From NCBI RefSeq assembly GCF_001194135.2, contig NC_069004.1, positions 12,815,718 through 12,879,717 on the forward strand: a DNA stretch of 64,000 nt, written 5' to 3'. The first letter of the stretch is position 1, and each line of letters starts with the position of its first letter. Shown one piece after another: positions 38,920-48,470 of the stretch. The notes under the pieces were generated by a model that ran no database searches, was not told the origin of the DNA, and was given only the letters and a program-made list of their open reading frames with translations. Source of the DNA: Octopus bimaculoides. Taxonomy: Eukaryota. Made by a program: the position numbers and the translations under genes.

Positions 38920-40433
38920 TATTTTGTTTAAAAGAGTTCCAACACTGTCTGTTTTTTATGTTTTATTTATATTCCTGCAAAACCAATGTGGGATATGGAA
39001 TATACAATATATAATATAAAATAAAAATGGATGGTACTATGAAATAAAGTATTGAATGTCTTATTGAATATATGGAATATGTCTTATTGAATANNNNNNN
39101 NNNNNNNNNNNNNNNNNNNNNNNNNNNNNNNNNNNNNNNNNNNNNNNNNNNNNNNNNNNNNNNNNNNNNNNNNNNNNNNNNNNNNNNNNNNNNNNNNNNN
39201 NNNNNNNNNNNNNNNNNNNNNNNNNNNNNNNNNNNNNNNNNNNNNNNNNNNNNNNNNNNNNNNNNNNNNNNNNNNNNNNNNNNNNNNNNNNNNNNNNNNN
39301 NNNNNNNNNNNNNNNNNNNNNNNNNNNNNNNNNNNNNNNNNNNNNNNNNNNNNNNNNNNNNNNNNNNNNNNNNNNNNNNNNNNNNNNNNNNNNNNNNNNN
39401 NNNNNNNNNNNNNNNNNNNNNNNNNNNNNNNNNNNNNNNNNNNNNNNNNNNNNNNNNNNNNNNNNNNNNNNNNNNNNNNNNNNNNNNNNNNNNNNNNNNN
39501 NNNNNNNNNNNNNNNNNNNNNNNNNNNNNNNNNNNNNNNNNNNNNNNNNNNNNNNNNNNNNNNNNNNNNNNNNNNNNNNNNNNNNNNNNNNNNNNNNNNN
39601 NNNNNNNNNNNNNNNNNNNNNNNNNNNNNNNNNNNNNNNNNNNNNNNNNNNNNNNNNNNNNNNNNNNNNNNNNNNNNNNNNNNNNNNNNNNNNNNNNNNN
39701 NNNNNNNNNNNNNNNNNNNNNNNNNNNNNNNNNNNNNNNNNNNNNNNNNNNNNNNNNNNNNNNNNNNNNNNNNNNNNNNNNNNNNNNNNNNNNNNNNNNN
39801 NNNNNNNNNNNTATATATATATATATAATCTACCTACGTACCTGTCTTTTGTGTTGTGCTAAGAGAAGTAACTCTAATATAATAAGAAACAGTTGGTAGT
39901 TGTAGTAGTGGTGGGCTGGTTGATAATGGTGAGTGAAGAAAGATAGAGAGAAATGAAATATGAAAAAAAAAAACATAAGAGATAAAAGGGTGATGACAAC
40001 GGTGACAACTTTAATATCTTTTCCTTCTTTCTCTATCTTACCTGACATTTACCATTGTCTCCACCATTGCAATAATAAGACAACCACAGTTCCTTATTTG
40101 TGCTAAGCTCTTTTACTGTGTTGAATTTTAACCTTGGTGCAAAAATCCCTTTTACTTAAGTGTTGTTCAGTATGGTTTAGAAACCTAGACAATGTTACTT
40201 TTGACTTAGAAACTTCTATCTGAAGTGTTTTGTTTAAATCTGACATCACCATCACCATCATCGTCGTCATTTCTTGATTTGCAATTACTCCTTTCTGTGA
40301 CTAATCATTAATGTTGTTCTTTCTCTAATTTCAGAAAATGTTGACTTACGACCCCCATAAGAGAGTGGCTGCCAAAACTGCAATAAACCACAGCTACTTC
40401 AATGACTTAGAAAATTTCTCTCCTGTACTCTAG
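30640..40433 (+). CDS. CDK1: Cyclin-dependent kinase 1, complete CDS (304 aa from first ATG, 300 aa from ATG 30652), gene-level span
   Basis: join(30640..30688, 32036..32192, 33111..33234, 35427..35597, 36121..36284, 38495..38645, 40335..40433) = 915 nt. Motifs GEGTYGVV (T14/Y15), [45 protein letters not shown]. Exon sizes from ATG 30652 (37,157,124,171,164,151,99) match human CDK1 as recalled (37,157,124,171,164,142,99) except exon 6. Confidence 0.97.
30959..31199. mobile_element. hAT (Buster-type) MITE, 241 bp
   Basis: TIRs cactggttctcagcca / tggttgaataccattg; perfect TSD TTTTAGAT. Confidence 0.85.
32036..32192 (+). CDS. CDK1: CDK1 coding exon 2 (TYGVVYKG...PSTAIRE...NIV)
   Basis: 157 nt, acceptor cacag, donor gtgagc. 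Confidence 0.97.
33111..33234 (+). CDS. CDK1: CDK1 coding exon 3 ([28 protein letters not shown]...LVK)
   Basis: 124 nt, acceptor tttcag, donor gtatat. Confidence 0.97.
33620..34330 (+). mobile_element. Decayed CR1/Jockey-like LINE reverse transcriptase fragment
   Basis: [19 protein letters not shown] (PQG motif), followed by a degenerate YADD position and LEY-like motif; frameshifted. A related 3' piece lies at about 44290-44570. Confidence 0.55.
35427..35597 (+). CDS. CDK1: CDK1 coding exon 4 (SYLHQILQG...HRDLKPQN...[18 protein letters not shown])
   Basis: 171 nt, acceptor ttgcag, donor gtaagt. Confidence 0.97.
35820..36035. mobile_element. piggyBac-like MITE copy
   Basis: TTAACCCTTTTGCATT ... 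aatgctaaacagTTAA. Confidence 0.75.
36121..36284 (+). CDS. CDK1: CDK1 coding exon 5 ([10 protein letters not shown]...[12 protein letters not shown])
   Basis: 164 nt, acceptor tgttag, donor gtaact. Confidence 0.97.
36793..37490. repeat. About 230-bp tandem duplication in a CDK1 intron; second copy split by a hAT MITE
   Basis: Copy 1 about 36793-37020; copy 2 about 37021-37063 plus 37336-37490. Confidence 0.8.
37064..37327. mobile_element. hAT (Buster-type) MITE, 264 bp
   Basis: TIRs caggggttttcaaact / agtttgaaaaccactg (15/16); perfect TSD ATCTAGAG. Confidence 0.9.
38495..38645 (+). CDS. CDK1: CDK1 coding exon 6 ([13 protein letters not shown]...GLDLLQ)
   Basis: 151 nt, acceptor atgcag, donor gtcagt. 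Confidence 0.95.
40335..40433 (+). CDS. CDK1: CDK1 last coding exon ([32 protein letters not shown])
   Basis: 99 nt, acceptor tttcag, TAG at 40431-40433. Confidence 0.95.
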   Translation, partial: KMLTYDPHKRVAAKTAINHSYFNDLENFSPVL

Positions 40434-40744
40434 ATGGCTTCCATATTCCAGTTGACTGACTCTGATTTGTGATACAACTATTGTACAGATGCCAAAGAGA
40501 TTGTCTGTTTTGGTAATGAGTGTGATTGGTGTGTGTGACTCTGACTGTTTGCTCATTCTTTTCTTGTGAAAGTTTTCTTCCTGTCTTCTCCATTTTCATT
40601 TCTTTGGCACTACGTAAAACCATTTGAGCTTGTTACTGAGGTGATTGTAGTTATATTTTGATGGGAGACCCACCGTCAACTTGTCTTTAAATGGTTACAA
40701 ACTTGAGATATCCTAACATTTATGTAATATACTCATTGTTTTGG

Positions 40745-40750
40745 AATAAA
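40745..40750 (+). terminator. Candidate polyadenylation signal of CDK1
   Basis: AATAAA about 310 nt after the stop, followed by T-rich sequence; such hexamers are common in AT-rich DNA. Confidence 0.35.
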
Positions 40751-40857
40751 ATACTTTTTTCTTTATTAGTGTATAGATAATGAAATTAGTCTTGTCTTTT
40801 TTATTGTTTTTTCAATCCAATAGGTTTGTCTGTTGACCTGCAATGTCTCTTACCTGT

Positions 40858-41080
40858 TTAACTCTTTAGCATTTAAACCAGCCATATCCACCCTAAATAT
40901 TCTACCTATTTTTTTTGTTCAAACTGGCCAGATCTGGACTCTCACACCTGCCTTACAATGTCATTCTAAAAGCTTATACAATCACATTTTGAAACTGTAA
41001 GATGATGCATGATTAATTCAAAGCACTCTGAATAAATAGGCATCACATTTGACAAAATAATCTAAATGCTAAAGGGTTAA
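40858..41080. mobile_element. piggyBac-like MITE (TTAA...TTAA), about 220 bp
   Basis: TTAA-ctctttagcatt ... aatgctaaaggg-TTAA. Related copies at 5242-5464, 35820-36035 and a partial at 58123-58189. Confidence 0.8.
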
Positions 41081-42753
41081 TGACTAACATTTTGAATGTA
41101 GGAAACCTGGCCCTTCCTATCCTACCCAAATAGTCTGCTTCATGGCTAATTGGTATGCCATATGTCTGCTACAAAAGGAGATTTGGGAACTAAACTCCTA
41201 AAGTGTTGATCACTTGTTACAGTTACCTCTACGGATTTTCTATAGAAAATCGAGGGTTCCAGTTGATCTGATCAACGGAACAGCTTCCTCGTGAAATTAA
41301 CGTGCAAGTGGCTGAGCACTCCACAGACACGTGTACCCTTAACGTAGTTCTCGGGGATATTCAGCGTGACACAGTTTGACAAGGCTGACCCTTTGAATTA
41401 CAGGCACAACAGAAACAGGAAGTAAGAGTGAGAGAAAGTTGTCGTGAAAGAGTACAGCAGGGTTCGCCACCATCCCCTGCCAGAGCCTCGTGGAGCTTTA
41501 GGTGTTTTCGCTCAATAAACACTCACAACGCCCGGTCTGTTTTTTTATATTGCCAGAAGTCAATTATATGGAGTAAATTTAATACATTAATTGGAAAGAT
41601 GAAAGTAGTTTAGATATCTTGATGAAAAATGATTTATTTATGCACACTATCAATAAGCCATGTAGCTGTAATGTTGTGAATTCATTGAATACTGTTTACA
41701 AATGTTAGTATAAGATTATTAAAGTAACAAGCTGACAGAATCATTACTGTGTTGGACAAAATGCTTAGCAGCATCTCTTTAGTTCTTCGTGCTCTGAGGT
41801 CAACTTTGCCTTCCAACACTCTAGAGTTGATAAAATAAAAAAACAATCAAATACTCCCCTCAAAATTGCAGGCCTTGTGCTTATGTTGGAAACAACCATA
41901 GGGTGTAGTGACAGCTCATAAATAAAATTAGTCGGAGTGCTGCTTCAGAAAATTTTTAGCCATTTTAATATTGTATAAAAGGAAACAGACATATAAAAAG
42001 AAAATTTATACATAAACTTGACTGGTCCGTGTTATAGCCACTGCCAGGTAATGTGTTTAATTTGTTCACTGAACACTGCTGTGAATTCCCCTTTTTTTTC
42101 AAAAATCCCTGCTAAATCAAAAAATAAGGGGAGAAAAAAGCCCTATTTTTCAAATCCTGGCAGCAACACTAGCTGAAAGCAGGATAATATTTTAATTCTA
42201 CACTTTTTCACATTCAAGAATATAGACACGTTTTTAAGTACAACACGTGGAGTCAATAAGAAATACTACCTTCTGTTCACAGAACCTCAATAAAATTTCT
42301 GAGCCACTTGATAAGGTTCCATTCTCATCAGAGGATGATCAGATATTTAAGTTGCCCATTAATAAAGGTAAGAAATTAGACTAAACAGTTCTCCACTGAC
42401 ATACATGGAGACAAGAAACAAGAGTTCTATGTAGAATTTCACATGATCAACTGGACTATTAGGCATTACACAATGCACTTTGCATAATTTTAGCCTTCAA
42501 ATGACACCACCCCACTGGCTAGGTGAGCAGGCCAACACTCCCCCTTGATTAAATGGGGACTGGAGCAATGTGAAATGAAGTGTTTTGCCAAGAATACAAT
42601 GTGCTGCCCAGTCTAGTGACCGTGAGTACACCAACCTAACCAGCAGGCCATGTGCCTTTACTATTCAATTTAGCTCGGCATAAAACAAAGTTAGTCTTGC
42701 AGTTTCCAGACTTGGGTCTGGTTATTCTATTACATAACTGGGGTTGAAGCCTT

Positions 42754-43290
42754 GGTGGAATTTTGCTTTAAGCACCTCATATAACCCCGCATAACATTTT
42801 GATTGTTTGGAATTTTCAGAAAATTCTTGCAAATTCATGTTCTATACATGGGAATTCATATAATTATGAAAAAATTTCTTTTTTTTAATTTTTCAAAACT
42901 GTTTTTTTTTAAATATGGATTGTTCAGACTTTTGGCTTAAATCCCAGCAATGGGCCATTAAATATATTTTTGGGGAGAAAAATATTGGAAAACATCAATT
43001 TATGTCAGAGTGACAACCAGAAACAAAGAAGGTAAGGTGGTCAAGAGATGCGCAAAAAAATAACAGCTAAATAGCCCTTAAATCACAAAAACAATTTGTT
43101 TTGCTTTTGTATAATAGTATGAATTTTTGTGTGTAGACATAATTTCACAAAAAATTTTCCAAAAATTCCCCAAAATAAAAAAAGTTATATGGGGTGCTTA
43201 AACCACAATTCCACCATTTGTCCTTCTCCATTTCTGGAATAAAGGTAACACTATGAGTGGGTTATATGGGTGCTTAGACCAGAATTCCAC
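42754..43290. mobile_element. MITE/foldback element with 32-bp inverted repeats
   Basis: 42754-42785 vs 43184-43215 (3 mismatches); a third copy of the right arm at 43261-43290. Confidence 0.6.
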
Positions 43291-43802
43291 TGCAATTTCT
43301 GGCTGATAGGCATTAAGAGTTAAGCACTAGAATGTGACCAAAATGTGCAGTGCCATCAACACTAGATTTAGTGTTGGTGGAACATTCCAATTACTCTAAA
43401 TGATATAAATTGTGTTGAGAATAATAAATTGGCTAAAGTAAAATGCAACACTAAGTAACACTGCTTAAAACAACTGAGTATTGCATTCCTTTGAGCTTCC
43501 GGAATATTGAAAAATCTCCTATATTTGGATTAATGGAAGCAATGCACCTTCATTTTCCTGGGCCTCGTATCACACATTTTCTTCCTGCAACACAAAAAAA
43601 AAAAAGCTACATCTATACTGAAGAAAGTTAAATTTTCTTCTTAGTTGGCTTTCCCCATTTATCCATTCACAGTTGAAAGCATCTCAATCTTGTGACATAT
43701 CTTCAGTTTGAGCAGACAAGATTTGAGAGCAAAAGTAGTGTAAAATCATTGGAAATACTCATCTACGAAGGAAATATCCTCTATTATTAGTGCCTTATCA
43801 AA

Positions 43803-44015
43803 GGGGGGAGCTGGCAGAATCGTCAGCATGCCAGGCAAAATGCTTAGTGGTGTTTCATTTGTCTTTGTGTTCTGCGTTCAAATTCCACCAAGGTCGACTT
43901 TGCCTTTCATCCTCTTGGGGTTGATAAAATAAGTATCAGTTGATAACTGGAGTTGATGTAATCAACTTACCCCTTCCCTGAAACTACTGGCCTTGTGCCA
44001 AAATTTAGAACCATT
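43803..44015 (+). mobile_element. tRNA-derived SINE, family D
   Basis: gagctggcagaatcgt...aaatgcttag...ttctgagttcaaattcc...gtcgactttgcctttcatcc. Copies at about 16960-17165 (-), 20392-20585, 34785-35340 (three adjacent), 41733-41900, 51358-51560. Confidence 0.8.
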
Positions 44016-44859
44016 ATTAGTGCCTTAGTAATCAGAATTGAGCCAGTAATTGACTTGCTAGAAATAGCAACGGAATCACCCTGTTAAATAAAGAATTCGT
44101 CAGAGTTCTATGAAGTCCTATAAAACAGATAGTTGATGGTTGTAACACCTTTGATTGTAGGTCTGCTTCGTTTGGGTTAACTCGGGGCTAAACATAATCT
44201 CAGATCAAATCCATAGGTCGTTCACTGTCAAATGATTTAGAGCCAGAGAAGACCTATGATCCCAGATATTCCAGCTATGACCATCCTGTCATTTGTATAT
44301 AGATGTACTGACTTCGACACTACTATAGTGAAGAGTGGAGGTCTCTACTTTGCACAGTTGTCTCGTTATGCCTCCAACTGGGCCCTCTCTACTCTCTGCA
44401 TTTCTTTCCACACCACACCCAGTCCTTTCTAGAACGTCAATCCCGTGGAATTTCCTCCCGTTTCCATGCGCATTTTTTTTTCGGCAGTTCTTGATTTCCA
44501 ACTATTCAAGGTCCATGTAGACCTCATTAGTGTAAGAAGATGTGTGAAGGCGATAAACAGACACTCTTCCTTCCGTTTTTAAGAGGGTAGGGTGTGGGTT
44601 GAGAAAATTTGGCTGCTATTTCTAGAAGCTCGTAAAACCACATATAGGCTCTCTCAATGCCTAACAATCATTCAGTTGAACTTTACTTTTATTAGATATA
44701 TCATTACTGTAGTTTTTACAGTATTACCATTCTTAGATATTAAAGTATTATTTTGCATTGTATTCACTGTCGTATGTTTGTTATTATGATGTATAAAAGT
44801 TTATTACCAAGTAATTTCAGGTTGCTGTTTAGTTATTTCGTTTCGTTAGTTTTCATTTT

Positions 44860-44980
44860 CTTTTTTTCCTTCGTCGTTCGTTTCGCTACGTCGTTATACA
44901 TTTTTGTAATCACTCATTCCATGTCGGAAACTTCAAGAGCGGGAGATTTGACAACAATATTTCTTGAACTGATGGAAGTA
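44860..44980 (+). promoter_or_regulatory. Candidate FIRRM promoter / first non-coding exon
   Basis: CpG-dense non-repeat patch; GCGGGAGATTTGAC (44939-44952) resembles CDE/CHR tandems; TTCAAG 44932-44937 and CTTGAA 44963-44968 are CHR variants; donor-like gaa|gtattt at 44978. Confidence 0.3.
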
Positions 44981-45189
44981 TTTTTTAATATAAATGTGTT
45001 TTAATGATGGACACACACACATAGAGGTTTGAAAATTGGATTTCTCTGTGAATTACTAACAATTTAAATACACTCTCTGTCTAGATAGGTTATAGTTGTT
45101 CAACAACACTTCGGTCTTTCAGTTTTAAAAGTGTTTATGTTTGTATGCGTGTGTATATATATATATATGGCAAACATTCGATATAAGTG

Positions 45190-45223
<34 letters not shown>

Positions 45224-46330
45224 NNNNNNNNNNNNNNNNNNNNNNNNNNNNNNNNNNNNNNNNNNNNNNNNNNNNNNNNNNNNNNNNNNNNNNNNNNNNN
45301 NNNNNNNNNNNNNNNNNNNNNNNNNNNNNNNNNNNATGATATTTTTTTAAAAACTGTTTCAACTTCATTCATTGATACCTGTAGCTGTAACCCCACTAGA
45401 TCAGATTTATATTAAGGTTTATAATTGCCATTATTATTTCAGTGTTATGTTGGATATTTGTTAAAACAGTTTCTCTTTCCCTCGTAATAAATGTTTTTCT
45501 GAGATATACCTAGGTAGAGGTAAAGAGAATGTGTACACCACCTGTTTTCGGGGGTTTTTAAATTTTGTATTCAAAAATTTGGGGGGGATTTCTATATAGA
45601 ATACGATTTTGCCCCAAAATCACGTCAGTGTGGCGAAGGTAAAGAATACGTACACCACCCGTTTTCGACGGAGCCCTAACCCTAAACACCAAAACGGGTG
45701 GTGTGCGTATTCTTTACCTTTGTCGAAACACTCAATGGCTTTTCCACCTCCACGGTTTCAAAAAATAAAAACCCAGAATGTTTAACTTTCGATTGATGTT
45801 TCACGCATGCATAGAATTCTACTGAAATAGCAGACGTCAAAAATATCATCACCACCAGAAATCCCGTCATACTAGAAACAACAGCGAATCGACATTATTT
45901 CTGGAAAAACTTCTCCGCTTTCCAATAAGCTAAAGGTAAAACATTCGGAGGTGATGGGTGAAAGTTGGAGAAGGGGATTTGGATGTTTCTATAAGAGAAA
46001 TTTAAAAAAGAATTCTTAAAGATTTGTAATCAATATTTTTCTACGTGGATTATAAAAAAAAAAATTTCGAGAAAAGTTAAAAATTAAAAATTTGGGCTGG
46101 GGAGGGTTAGGGTTATTAACATTTTGAAAACGTGTTTTGGGGGGCAAAATTCTAATTCTCCTATATCAAAAACAGGAACCCGAAGAAATTTTGGAAAAAA
46201 ATAAGGAAGGGAGATAAAGTTTCTAAATACACTCATCACAAATACAAATTACTAATTAAAAAAAATAAAAAGATCATTTCAATTTAAGTTGAGCTGTAAT
46301 TTTATAATTCATACTTAAGTTTTACCTAGT

Positions 46331-46842
46331 GTGTCTGTGCAAAAGAAGTTATTTGTACATACCTTTCTGAATTCCAAAAGAAGAAAAACTTTCAACAGAC
46401 TCCAGCCATTGAATTCCCAAACAAGTCTTGCATGTGTATCTGTTGTATTGGATGCGCAAGAGAAACATAAAAACGTACGCATAAATAAGTTATGTTTGCA
46501 ATTATCTATATAATTGATAGCAAAGTTTGTATAAAATGAAAATAAATCCACGATTAGTCACACAGATCGATCAAGTTATTGAAGTTTTAAGAGTTTTGTG
46601 ACAACATAGTGTCTTGATACATTCTAATGAAAATGTGATAGCAAGAGTTAATGCCACTCTTTCTTTGGAAGAGAAATTAATTTTTGTGGTAGTAATGGTG
46701 GTGAAGAAAACATTTGTTGTGTATTCAATACAACAGATACATGTACAAGATTTGTGTGGGGATTCAATAGCTGGAGTCTCCTGAAAGTCTTTCTTTTGGA
46801 ATTCAGAAAGGTATGTACAAATAACTTCTTTTGTACGCGCAC
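46331..46842. repeat. Long inverted repeat (about 125-bp arms)
   Basis: Perfect 43-bp core 46340-46382 vs 46791-46833; imperfect extension to about 46457/46717. Confidence 0.85.
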
Positions 46843-47193
46843 AAATTCAGTTTGTCTTCTACTATAGCCTTGGGTCGACCGAAGCCTTGTAAGTGGATTT
46901 GGTAGACAGAAACTAAAAGAAGCCCATTGCGTCCTGCATGGAAAGCGGATGTTAAGTGATGATGATGATGTGTGTATGACTTTGTATCTACGTTTGTCCC
47001 CCACCACCGCTTAACAAGAAGTGTTTGTTTACAACCCTGTAACTTAGTGGTTGGTTCAGCAAAAGAGACTGAGTATACTAGGCTCAAAAGAGTTGTCCTG
47101 GAGTCAATTTGTTCTACTAAAACCCTTCAAGGCAGTGCCCCAACATGGCCGCAGTCAAATGACTGAACCAAGTAAAAGATGCTGAGCAGAGAT

Positions 47194-47512
47194 CCCCTTC
47201 GGTCATGACTGACCATGGGATTGCATCTAGAAAGTTACCTTCCCAGGCACAAGTTAGGGCAAGGTTGTTTATGGAAGACCAGAAGTCACCTATGCATACC
47301 GGCCTTCCCTCTCCACGCCACCAATGTTATCCAAGGGAAAGGGGCCGATACAGCTTGGCACCTGTGACATCGCAACTCATTTCTACAGCTGAGTGAACTG
47401 GAGCAACGTGAAATACAGTGTCTTTCTCAAGAACACAACACGCAGCCCGGTCTGGGATTCGAACTCATGATCATAAGCTCGACACTCTAACCACTGAGCC
47501 ATGCGCCTTCAC
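47194..47512 (-). mobile_element. tRNA-derived SINE, family B
   Basis: Head tggctcagtggttagagtgtc...gagttcgaatccc, then gtgttgtgttcttgagaaagacac. + strand copies at about 1745-2080 and 9020-9345; partials at 32240-32355 and 42500-42660. Confidence 0.8.
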
Positions 47513-47537
47513 AAAATAGATATAAGATATATACATA

Positions 47538-48190
47538 TCATCATCATCATCATCATCGTTTAACATCCGCTTTCCATGCTAGCATGGGTTGGACGATTTG
47601 ACTGAGGACTGGTGAAACCGGATGGCAACACCAGGCTCCAATCTAAATTTGGCAGAGTTTCTACAGCTGGATGCCCTTCCTAACGCCAACGACTCAGAGA
47701 GTGTAGTAGGTGCTTTTACATGTCACCTGCACGAAGGCCAGTCAGGCGATACTGGCAACGGCCACGCTCGAAATGGTGTCTTTTATGTGCCACCCGCACA
47801 AGCCAGTCCAGGGGCACTGGCAACGATCTTACTTGGCTTGCCGGGTCTTCTCACGCACAGCACATTTCCAAAGGTCTCGGTCAGTAGTCATCGCCTCGGT
47901 GAGGCCCAATGTACGAAGGTCTTATATATAGATATATATATGTAAACTAGAGTAATAGNNNNNNNNNNACGATCTCGCTTGAAAATCCTACGGAAGCCAG
48001 TCAGGCGGTACTGGCAACGGCCACGCTCAAAATGGTGCATCTTATGTGCCACCCGCACAAGAGCCAGTCCAGGGGCACTGGCAACGATCTTACTTGGCTT
48101 GCCGGGTCTTCTCACGCACAGCACATTTCCAAAGGTCTCGGTCAGTAGTCATCGCCTCGGTGAGGCCCAATGTACGAAGGTCTTATATAT
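47538..48190 (-). mobile_element. RTE LINE 3' end (partly duplicated across a gap)
   Basis: Minus strand encodes DLRTLGLTEAMTTDRDLWKCAVREKTRQAK*, then a 3' UTR and (GAT)n tail, linking the abundant (CAT)n-gtttaacgtccg repeat to an RTE ORF2. Confidence 0.8.
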
Positions 48191-48380
48191 AGATATATAT
48201 ATGTAAACTAGAGTAATAGGTTTTGTGGCACAAACAGATGAAGTGATTTTGTGAAAATAATGTTTATAGTAGAGATAGAGCAAGGTGAAATGATGATGTT
48301 ATGTTGTCTAAACAATGTCAGTTTGTCTTAATGATGAATTAACTATTTTGCTTCATTTCAGATTGCCAAATATCATCATC

Positions 48381-48470
48381 ATGTCACAGTTATTGTTTGT
48401 TGAAGATGTTCGAAGTTGGGAGTCAACAAAATGTCAGCAGGAACTGAACTGCGCTCTCCCAAAGCTTGTT
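48381..48470 (+). CDS. FIRRM: FIRRM coding exon 1 (MSQLLFVEDVRSWESTKCQQELNCALPKLV)
   Basis: Exon opens at acceptor tttcag|48362; ends at U12-type donor GTATCCTTT 48471. Confidence 0.88.

Noticed and set aside
42285-42345. Hammerhead-like CTGATGA...GAAA on the - strand
   Set aside because: Stem II has only 2 bp and stem I does not pair after the putative cleavage site. A CTGATGA at about 29624 was also rejected because it lies in RTE coding sequence with no GAAA box.
45674-45685. Interstitial telomere / chromosome fusion scar
   Set aside because: Only two repeat units on each side, embedded in a foldback element; too short to indicate a fusion.
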